Shown: positions 18,290 to 25,477 of the stretch, in pieces
Layout: each line of letters opens with the position of its first letter
Numbering within the stretch: the first letter of the stretch is position 1
Assembly: GCA_028279805.1 (NCBI GenBank)
Contig: JANQMZ010000007.1
Span: forward strand, 60,001-92,000
Origin: an archaeon
GTDB lineage: Archaea; Iainarchaeota; Iainarchaeia; Iainarchaeales; JANQMZ01
Reading direction: 5' to 3'
Length of the DNA: 32,000 nt
Position numbers and translations under genes: made by a program
The notes under the pieces: generated by a model
Told to the model about the DNA's origin: nothing
The model's input: only the letters and a program-made list of their open reading frames with translations
Database searches by the model: none

Positions 18290-19261
18290 ATGGTTTTAAA
18301 TGCAGCTGTTGTTGGCGTTGGAAACATGGGAAAAAACCATGCCCGTGTTTACTCCGATTTAAAAGAAACAAAGCTTGTTGCCGTATGTGATAAAAACAAA
18401 AATGCGAAAAAAATTGCCGCGCAATATAAGGCTGAATATTTTTTAGATTTTGAAAAAATGATTCAAAATGAAAATATTGACCTGGTTTCGGTTGCGGTTC
18501 CCACTTTTAAACATAAAGATGTTGTTCTGCCTTTTTTAAAACAAAAAATTCCCGTGCTTCTGGAAAAACCTCTTGCTTTAAATTTAAAAGAAGCCAAAAC
18601 AATTATTTCAAAAGCGAAAAAATACAAAACAAAGTTAATGATCGGGCATATTGAAAGATTTAATCCTGCAATTATTGAATTAAAAAAACAATTGCAGAAA
18701 AAAGTTTTGGATGATGTTTATGCAATTGACATTAACAGGAGAAGCCCTTTTCCTAAAACCATTACTGATGTTGGCGTAACAATTGATTTGGCTGTTCATG
18801 ATCTGGATATTATTTTACAGTTAACAAATTCAAAAGTTAAAAAAATTAAAGCTGAAACTCACACATGGTTTCATTCAACTGATGAGGATATTATGCGTGC
18901 TTTAATAAAATTTAAAAACGGAATGATTGCATCTTTGAATATTGACTGGGTCACTCCTACAAAAATGAGAGAAATTAATGTTACCGGCCATAAAGGAATG
19001 CTTAAAGCTGATTATATTACACAGGAATTGACTTTTTATAAAAACAATTATCCTGTTATTGACAAAACTTATTCTGAAATGATTAAAGGAGTTATTGCAG
19101 GCCCTGTAAAAAAAATTAATGTAAAAAAACAGGAACCTTTAAGGAATGAAATTCTTGCAATGGCAGATTTTGTTAAAAAAGGCAAAAATCCTGTAACTGC
19201 AACCGATTCCTTAAAAGCATTAGAACTTGCATTTGACATATTAAAAACAGCCAAAAAATAA
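18290..19261 (+). CDS. Gfo/Idh/MocA family oxidoreductase (WbpB/WlbA-like)
   Basis: AAVVGVGNMGKNHARVYSDL, PVLLEKPLALNLKEAK, GHIERFNPA motifs. Confidence 0.9.
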   Translation: MVLNAAVVGVGNMGKNHARVYSDLKETKLVAVCDKNKNAKKIAAQYKAEYFLDFEKMIQNENIDLVSVAVPTFKHKDVVLPFLKQKIPVLLEKPLALNLKEAKTIISKAKKYKTKLMIGHIERFNPAIIELKKQLQKKVLDDVYAIDINRRSPFPKTITDVGVTIDLAVHDLDIILQLTNSKVKKIKAETHTWFHSTDEDIMRALIKFKNGMIASLNIDWVTPTKMREINVTGHKGMLKADYITQELTFYKNNYPVIDKTYSEMIKGVIAGPVKKINVKKQEPLRNEILAMADFVKKGKNPVTATDSLKALELAFDILKTAKK

Positions 19262-19398
19262 TGCAAAAACCTGTGCTTTCAAGAACGCAAATACTGTTCA
19301 GAATCCACGTTTGCAGCCCGAACGACATTTTTTGCGAGCACAGGCGAGCAAGCACTGCCACCGGCGTGCGTTTGCAGTCTGAACACAGGCTTTTTGCA
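19262..19398 (-). ncRNA. Candidate structured ncRNA (or MITE-like element) in a GC-enriched intergenic island
   Basis: Closing stem TGCAAAAA-CCTGTG (19262-19275) with CACAGG-c-TTTTTGCA (19384-19398); inner TTCAGA/TCTGAA (19297-19302 / 19378-19383); hairpin GCAC-t-GCC-ACC-GGC-GTGC (19352-19369). Hand-counted GC about 50% in a strongly AT-rich background. Reverse-strand TATATAAAAAGATTTTGGTGC upstream and T-run (TATTTTTT) just beyond 19261 on the minus strand. Strand assignment is inference. Confidence 0.4.
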
Positions 19399-19420
19399 CC
19401 AAAATCTTTTTATATAAAAA
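19399..19420. promoter_or_regulatory. Near-symmetric TATA box (TTTTTATATAAAAAA), possibly bidirectional
   Basis: Sequence ccaaaatctttttatataaaaaag. Plus strand serves the RHH gene at 19477; minus strand reads TATATAAAAAGATTTTGGTGC towards the GC island. Confidence 0.5.
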
Positions 19421-19445
19421 AGCAGGCTATTTCTACTGTAATTGC

Positions 19446-19459
19446 CTTGTAATTACAAG
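19446..19459. promoter_or_regulatory. Perfect 14-bp palindrome CTTGTAATTACAAG in the leader of the RHH gene, candidate operator
   Basis: Self-reverse-complementary; related TGTAATTG copy at 19437-19444, 11 bp upstream of TGTAATTA at 19448. Confidence 0.4.
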
Positions 19460-19476
19460 CTTAAAGGTTTTTTTTT

Positions 19477-19665
19477 ATGTCAAAAGAAAAAGTAACGATT
19501 TCAATCCCAAAACATCTTTATAATGAAATAAAGAAAGAAATTGAAAATACCGGCTTTTCTTCACCTTCTGAGTGGATTAAATATGTTTTAAGACAGGCTC
19601 TGGCTGGCGCTAAAAAAAGCAATAATGCCATTATTTCTTTTCCATATCTTGGTGAATCGGATTAA
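19477..19665 (+). CDS. Ribbon-helix-helix (CopG/Arc-type) DNA-binding protein
   Basis: EKVTISIPKHLYNEIKKEIENTGFSSPSEWIKYVLRQAL matches the RHH beta-helix-helix pattern. Confidence 0.8.
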   Translation: MSKEKVTISIPKHLYNEIKKEIENTGFSSPSEWIKYVLRQALAGAKKSNNAIISFPYLGESD

Positions 19666-19678
19666 AACAGGTGTTTAA

Positions 19679-21469
19679 ATGTCTCAAAAAGTTGCGGTTA
19701 TCGGTATTGACGGAGCCAAGCCTGAAACAATTGAAAGACTGATGAAAAAAGGGCTTTTGCCTAATCTGAGCAATTTGAAAGATTCCGGAACATATGGCCA
19801 TTTACAGACAATTCATGCTTCCCAGACTCCTATTGCCTGGTCAAGCATTATGACAGGCCTTGATATCGGCAAACACGGCGTTTATGATTATCTTATCAGA
19901 GACCCAAAATCTATGCAGTTAAAATTTGGAATGAATGATGAAAGATTCACTCCAAAAGGAACAGAATATGTAAATTTAAGAAAAGGAAAACCTGTTTGGG
20001 AAATTTTAGGAGAAAATGAAAAAAAAGGAATCAGTTTGTTTGTTCCGATGGCTTTTCCGGCTAAAAATTTTAACGGTTTTATTGTTGCAGGAATGGGAAT
20101 TCCTGACTTAAGAGGAGCGCAGGGCGTCCCTGCAATTTATTCAAATGAATCTGATTTTGAAGAAAAAGAAGATTTTTATAAATTAAACTTTTCAGATAAC
20201 AAAACAGTTTCAAAAATTTTTGCATCAAAAGATTTAAGCAAAGAATTTGAAATTGAAATTCTTGAAAATAAAATTTCAATAAAAATTGAAAATGTTAATG
20301 AAATAATTTTAAAACAAAATGAATGGAGTGAATGGATTGAAACTTTTTTTGAACAGGATGACAAAAAAATTGAATCTTTTTTCAGATTCAAATTATTAAA
20401 ATTTAGTAATTCTGAAATAAGATTATATTTGTCTCCTGTAATGTATTCGCCAAAGCAAAATTTTATTCCGGTTGTTCAGCCCAAGGAACTAGGAAAAGAA
20501 TTGATTGAAAATGCCGGAATGTTTAAAGCATTAAGTTTTGAATCTGATGTTTATGGCTTAAAGCAAAAAATAATTGATGAAGAAACATGGATTGAGGACA
20601 TGAAATATACTTTTGATAAAAGAATTCAGGTTTCTGATTATTTGTTAAAAAACAAGCCCTGGAATTTTTTCATGGCTGACTATATGCCTGTTGACCGTGT
20701 CCAGCATTTGTTCTGGAGAGCGATTGACAAAAAACATCCTTTGCATGATGAAAGCAAACAATATGAAAATACTATTGATGAAGTTTATGCTTTTACTGAC
20801 CAAAAAATAGGTGAATTGTTAAAAAATTTTACCCAGGATGACCTGGTTTTTGTTGTTTCAGACCATGGTTTTTGCAGTTACAGAAAAAATGTTGAATTGA
20901 ACAAAATTTTAATGGAAAAAGGTTATCTGCATTTAAAGGATGAAAAAAAATCAGAATCTTTGAATGATATTGACTGGTCCAAAACAAAGGCATATGCTTT
21001 GGGTTTTGGGGCGATTTACATCAATTTGCAGGGCAGAGAGCTTTATGGTGTTGTGGAACAAAAAGACTATGATTTAATGCGGGAGCAAATAATTGAAGAT
21101 TTAACAGGTTTTTCTTTTCAAAACGAACTTGTTTTGAAAAATGTGTTAAAAAGAGAAGAAGCTTTTTCCGGAGGCTCACTTGAAGAATCACCTGACCTGG
21201 TTCCCTTGTATGCTGACGGTTTCCGTTCAGGCTCGGATTCAACTTTGGGCAAAGTTTCGTCAAAAGAAATTGTTCATGATAATTTAAGCAAATGGTCTGC
21301 TGACCATGTGGGCCCGTTTGATTTTTCTGACAATTTCGGAATTATTTTCTCTAACCAGCAGATTAATGTTTCAAATGCAAGTGTTTTTGACATTGCAGTT
21401 TCTTCACTGGATTTTTTTAATCTGAAAAAAGAAAATGAAATGGTGGGAAAATCTTTGCTTTTGAGGTGA
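19679..21469 (+). CDS. Alkaline-phosphatase-superfamily phosphodiesterase/phosphotransferase
   Basis: AVIGIDGAKPETIERLM, ASQTPIAWSSIMTGLDIGKHGVYDY, DRVQHLFW, VVSDHGF, ADHVGPF metal and nucleophile motifs. RBS AGGTG upstream. Confidence 0.88.
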   Translation: MSQKVAVIGIDGAKPETIERLMKKGLLPNLSNLKDSGTYGHLQTIHASQTPIAWSSIMTGLDIGKHGVYDYLIRDPKSMQLKFGMNDERFTPKGTEYVNLRKGKPVWEILGENEKKGISLFVPMAFPAKNFNGFIVAGMGIPDLRGAQGVPAIYSNESDFEEKEDFYKLNFSDNKTVSKIFASKDLSKEFEIEILENKISIKIENVNEIILKQNEWSEWIETFFEQDDKKIESFFRFKLLKFSNSEIRLYLSPVMYSPKQNFIPVVQPKELGKELIENAGMFKALSFESDVYGLKQKIIDEETWIEDMKYTFDKRIQVSDYLLKNKPWNFFMADYMPVDRVQHLFWRAIDKKHPLHDESKQYENTIDEVYAFTDQKIGELLKNFTQDDLVFVVSDHGFCSYRKNVELNKILMEKGYLHLKDEKKSESLNDIDWSKTKAYALGFGAIYINLQGRELYGVVEQKDYDLMREQIIEDLTGFSFQNELVLKNVLKREEAFSGGSLEESPDLVPLYADGFRSGSDSTLGKVSSKEIVHDNLSKWSADHVGPFDFSDNFGIIFSNQQINVSNASVFDIAVSSLDFFNLKKENEMVGKSLLLR

Positions 21470-21473
21470 ACAA

Positions 21474-21593
21474 ATGGTTAAAAAAAATTTAAAAAACAAA
21501 AATAAAAAAAATTCAAAAACAAAAAAGAAAAACAATAAAGAAAAAGCTAATGACATTGTTGAAAGGAGATTAAAAGCATTTGGCTATATTTAG
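21474..21593 (+). CDS. 39-aa Lys/Asn-rich microprotein ending VERRLKAFGYI
   Basis: ATG at 21474 preceded by GAGGTGA (SD-like) overlapping the upstream stop; translation MVKKNLKNKNKKNSKTKKKNNKEKANDIVERRLKAFGYI*. Absent from the supplied ORF track. Confidence 0.6.
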   Translation: MVKKNLKNKNKKNSKTKKKNNKEKANDIVERRLKAFGYI

Positions 21594-21607
21594 GAGGTTG
21601 ATAAAAA

Positions 21608-22678
21608 ATGCATTTTTATGAGTCAACAATAATTGTTTCAAAAGACGGTTTGCAGGTGAAAAGTTATGCAAACGAACACCCGGAGGGATATGTTATTGCA
21701 AAACCAAAATATATTCCCACAACAAAAATCAAATCCGAGGAATTGCCTTTAAGGCCTTTGCTTGGAGAAGAAGTTAACCGGTTTGATTACTGGATCAGTG
21801 ATGAAGGGTTAAAAGACTATGTTTCAAAATTTAAAGAAACATATCCTGAATATTATTATGAATCCGATTTGTATAACACCTGGTTTTTTGTTATTCCAAA
21901 AAACCGGATAAAGGATGCTCCGGACGGGCGAGCTGGTGTTAAAAAAATTGTTAACATGGGTGAAGATGAAATGGATGAATATTTGTCCTTAACCCAGAAA
22001 TTTTTAAACCTGTTACATGATTCCGGTTTGTCGTATGATGATATGGGTGTAACCAATTCCACTTTACTGGGAACTTATACTTACGGGCGTTCGGACATTG
22101 ACATGATAATTTACGGAAAACAAAATTACTGGGACATAATGGAATACATGAAAGATGCAAAACACGAGCTTTTAAGATGGAGAAATCTGGATGAATGGAA
22201 AAAATATTATGCCACTTACAATGCAGGCTTAAATTTTAATGAAAAAGAATTCATCTGGCAGGCCCAAAGAAAGACAGCTGACGGCTTATTTGACAAAACA
22301 GTGTTTTCCATTTTTGGAGTTGAAGAACCCGGAGAACAATATGTCAAATGGGGGGAAGAAAAATGCACGCCTCTTGGCCTGGCTACAATTGAAGGTGTTG
22401 TGGAAAACAATTTCCATGCAGCTGTAAGGCCCGGTTATTATGAATTAAAAAATTCAAAAGTTATTGACGGCCCGAACCAAAAAGTTGACCTGGTTGTGAC
22501 ATATGCAAGAGATTTTATGTTACAGGCTTTTAATGGTGAAACAATTCAGGCACGAGGATTGCTTGAAAAAGTTGAATCTTTAAACGGAAAAAAAGATGAT
22601 TATTACAGGCTGGCCATTGGCTACTTTGATTCTTATCTGACAAGAAAAGGAGAAGAATTCATAAAAGTAAAACATTAG
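21608..22678 (+). CDS. DNA polymerase beta-like nucleotidyltransferase domain protein
   Basis: TNSTLLGTYTYGRSDIDMIIYG resembles the GSxxxGxxSDIDxxI motif; strong RBS TAGGAGGTTGAT upstream. Confidence 0.75.
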   Translation: MHFYESTIIVSKDGLQVKSYANEHPEGYVIAKPKYIPTTKIKSEELPLRPLLGEEVNRFDYWISDEGLKDYVSKFKETYPEYYYESDLYNTWFFVIPKNRIKDAPDGRAGVKKIVNMGEDEMDEYLSLTQKFLNLLHDSGLSYDDMGVTNSTLLGTYTYGRSDIDMIIYGKQNYWDIMEYMKDAKHELLRWRNLDEWKKYYATYNAGLNFNEKEFIWQAQRKTADGLFDKTVFSIFGVEEPGEQYVKWGEEKCTPLGLATIEGVVENNFHAAVRPGYYELKNSKVIDGPNQKVDLVVTYARDFMLQAFNGETIQARGLLEKVESLNGKKDDYYRLAIGYFDSYLTRKGEEFIKVKH

Positions 22679-22686
22679 GTAAAAAC

Positions 22687-24060
22687 ATGGCAAAAGAAAA
22701 AAATGTTTTTGAATGGTATCTGGACACAATAAAAAAATCAAATTTTATTGATTTGACTTTGACGCCCGGATTAAATGTGTACATGCAAAACTCCTACAAA
22801 ATATGGGAAATAATAAAAGAACATTTGAATGAAGAATTGTCTTTTCTTGGTTTTGAAAATGTTTACTTTCCCATGTTCATTCCTTTAAACCTTTTCAAAA
22901 AACAAAAACATCATTTCAGGGTTTTTGAAAGCGAGTTAACCCATGTAAAAACTCCCAAGTCAAAAAATAAAACAATTCCATTAGTTGTTCGGCCCACATC
23001 AGAAGCAATAATGTATGATTCTTTTTCAAACTGGATTGAATCACATCATGATCTGCCTTTGCTTGTAAACCAGTTTTGTTCAGTTGTCCGCTGGGAAACA
23101 AGAAAAGACAATGTTCCCTTAATCAGAGGAAACGAATTTTTATGGCAGGAAAGCCATTCTGTTCATTCAAACCAAAAAGAAACAGAGTGGTTTGTTAAAA
23201 AATTGTTAAACGTTTATGATGATCTGATTCAAGGTTACCTGGCTTTGCCTACAATTAAGGGCCTAAAACCGGGGCATAGAAAATTTCCCGGAGCTGTTTA
23301 CACGCTTGCACTGGAATCTTTAATGCCTGACGGGAAGGCAATTCAAATGGCAACATCTCATTATTTAGGCAAAAATTTTTCAAAACCCCAAAAAGTCAGT
23401 TTTAAGGACAAAAAAGGCAGAAAAGAGCAGGCTTTTCAGGCTTCAAACGGCTGCACCACCCGCCTGATTGGAGCAATGTTAATGTTTCATGGTGATGACA
23501 AAGGTTTTGTTCTGCCTCCCAAAGTTGCAGACAGGCAGATTGTTTTTGTGCAAAAACCTCCTCAAAATTTAATTCAGTCTTTGATTACAAAAGGAATAAG
23601 GGCAAAATTTGATGCACGAAAAAATTTATCAGTAAAGGAAAAAATTGATGATGCTGTTTTAAACGGAGTTCCCTTAATTGTTTCCTTAAAAAAAGGAAAA
23701 TTAAAAGTTTTAATTCGTGACAAGCTTTCTGAAGAAATTGTTTCAAAAAATAATTTTGCTTTTTTTGCAAAAGGACAGCTTACTTTAATGCAGAAAAGAT
23801 TGTTTTCAAAAGCTTCAGATTTTTTAAAAAAACACACTTTTAATGTTAAAGATAAGGAAAAATTTGAAAATATTTTGTCAAACAACAAAGGACTTGCTCT
23901 GGCAAACTGGTGCGCTACAAAAAGTTGTGCTAAAAATATTAAAAATAAAACATCTGGTTCTTTAAGAATTGTTAAAAAAGAATTCAAAAACAAAAAACAA
24001 AAATGTATTTATTGCAGCAAGCCGGCAAAATTTCAGGCTTATTTTTCTGAAGCTTATTAA
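22687..24060 (+). CDS. proS: Prolyl-tRNA synthetase, archaeal/eukaryotic type
   Basis: VVRPTSEAIMYDSFSNWIESHHDLPLLVNQ, RWETRKDNVPLIRGNEFLWQESHSVH, MFHGDDKGFVLPPKVA, C-terminal zinc-ribbon-like WCATKSC...CIYCSKPAKFQAYFSEAY. Confidence 0.9.
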   Translation: MAKEKNVFEWYLDTIKKSNFIDLTLTPGLNVYMQNSYKIWEIIKEHLNEELSFLGFENVYFPMFIPLNLFKKQKHHFRVFESELTHVKTPKSKNKTIPLVVRPTSEAIMYDSFSNWIESHHDLPLLVNQFCSVVRWETRKDNVPLIRGNEFLWQESHSVHSNQKETEWFVKKLLNVYDDLIQGYLALPTIKGLKPGHRKFPGAVYTLALESLMPDGKAIQMATSHYLGKNFSKPQKVSFKDKKGRKEQAFQASNGCTTRLIGAMLMFHGDDKGFVLPPKVADRQIVFVQKPPQNLIQSLITKGIRAKFDARKNLSVKEKIDDAVLNGVPLIVSLKKGKLKVLIRDKLSEEIVSKNNFAFFAKGQLTLMQKRLFSKASDFLKKHTFNVKDKEKFENILSNNKGLALANWCATKSCAKNIKNKTSGSLRIVKKEFKNKKQKCIYCSKPAKFQAYFSEAY

Positions 24061-24070
24061 GGTGTTTTTT

Positions 24071-25477
24071 ATGGCAAGAATTTTTGTTTTGGGTTTGGAT
24101 GGTGCGGCACCGGAACTTGTTTTTAAAAAATGGAGAAAACATTTGCCTAACATTTCAGAATTAATGCAGCAAGGCTCTTATTGCACAACCGATTCAACAA
24201 TTCCTCCGTCAACAATTATTGCATGGAATTCTTTTTGTTCCGGTTATGATGCGGGACAGCTTGGAGTATATGCTTATACCAAGCGGGGTAAAAAAAGCCT
24301 GGATGATAAAATTTTTGTCAATTCAACTCATGTTAAAAAACCGTTAATCTGGGATGTTTTGTCAAAAAAGGGCAAAAAATGCAACGTAATACATGTTCCT
24401 TTGACTTATCCTGTGCGCAAAATTAATGGCAGAATGGTTTCAGGTTTTTTGACTCCCGGACTTGAATTTGAATCAGTTTATCCAAAATCTTTTAAAAAAG
24501 AAATTAAAAAAATTTCAAAAAATTACATGTTTGATGTTGGGGAATTTTTGTCCTATAAAAGCATGAATCCGAAAAAACTTTTGGAAAAAGTTTATCAGAT
24601 GACTGAAATGAATTTCAAATTAATAAAAAAACTTGTGTTAAAAAAAGACTGGGATTTTTTTATGTCGGTAATCATCGGCACTGACAGGCTTAATCATTTA
24701 TTTTGGCATTATTTTGACCAGAAACATGTTTTATTCAAAAAAGGCTCCCGTTATAAAAATGCTTTAAGGGATTATTTCAAATTTGTTGATAAAAACCTTG
24801 GAAAAATAAGAAAAATTTTGCCAAAAGACACTGTTCTGGTTGTTGCATCTGACCATGGAATGGACCGAATGGATGCAAAAATAAATGTAAATGACTGGTT
24901 AATAAAAAAAGGTTATCTTGTTTTAAAAAAAGATTTTGCTCAGAAAGCAAAAAAAGGCCCGGTTAAAATAAAACTTTCAGGAATAGATTTTTCAAAAACA
25001 AAAGCTTACAGTATAGGAAGTTATCAGGCAAGAATTTATATTAATCTGAAAGGAAGGGATAACGAGGGAGTTGTTTTAAAAAAAGATTTTAATAAAATAC
25101 GCAGAGAACTTGAAGAAAAACTGTCAAAAATAAGGGGAATAAAGGGCCAAAAACTTAATACAAAGTTTTTCAAACCTGAACAAGTGTATAAAAAATTTGA
25201 TTCTGAAGCTCCTGATTTGATTGTTTATTTTGACAATCTTATTTATGGTTCCAATGATGAAGTGGGAAACAGGTCATTATATTCAATGGAAACAGTTGTG
25301 GGAAAAACAATGGCCGGACATGCTCCCAAAGGCATTTTTGTAATTCATGGCCCAAATATCAAAAAAAGGGGTTTTATTGGTGAAAAAAATATTTTAAACG
25401 TGGCTCCGACGTTTTATAAAATTTTAAAAATTAAAAAGCCTAAAGGCTTGCAGGCAAAAAATTTGGATATTTTTTAA
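24071..25477 (+). CDS. Alkaline-phosphatase-superfamily phosphodiesterase/phosphotransferase
   Basis: RIFVLGLDGAAPELV, PPSTIIAWNSFCSGYDAGQLGVYAY, TDRLNHLFWHYF, VVASDHGMD, MAGHAPKGIFVIHGP. Start at 24071 is preceded by TAAGGTGTTTTTT. Confidence 0.88.
   Translation: MARIFVLGLDGAAPELVFKKWRKHLPNISELMQQGSYCTTDSTIPPSTIIAWNSFCSGYDAGQLGVYAYTKRGKKSLDDKIFVNSTHVKKPLIWDVLSKKGKKCNVIHVPLTYPVRKINGRMVSGFLTPGLEFESVYPKSFKKEIKKISKNYMFDVGEFLSYKSMNPKKLLEKVYQMTEMNFKLIKKLVLKKDWDFFMSVIIGTDRLNHLFWHYFDQKHVLFKKGSRYKNALRDYFKFVDKNLGKIRKILPKDTVLVVASDHGMDRMDAKINVNDWLIKKGYLVLKKDFAQKAKKGPVKIKLSGIDFSKTKAYSIGSYQARIYINLKGRDNEGVVLKKDFNKIRRELEEKLSKIRGIKGQKLNTKFFKPEQVYKKFDSEAPDLIVYFDNLIYGSNDEVGNRSLYSMETVVGKTMAGHAPKGIFVIHGPNIKKRGFIGEKNILNVAPTFYKILKIKKPKGLQAKNLDIF

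Noticed and set aside
19261-19452. ORF of 63 aa overlapping the GC-rich island (MQKPVLSRTQILFRIHVCSPNDIFCEHRR...)
   Set aside because: Starts on the stop of the upstream gene, has no RBS or family resemblance, and overlaps strong inverted repeats and a TATA box; the structure explains the region better.
23969-24070. N-terminal extension of the AP-superfamily ORF overlapping ProRS
   Set aside because: The conserved N-terminus MARIFVLGLDGAAPEL begins at 24071 right after a GGTG ribosome-binding-like site; upstream part is ProRS in another frame.
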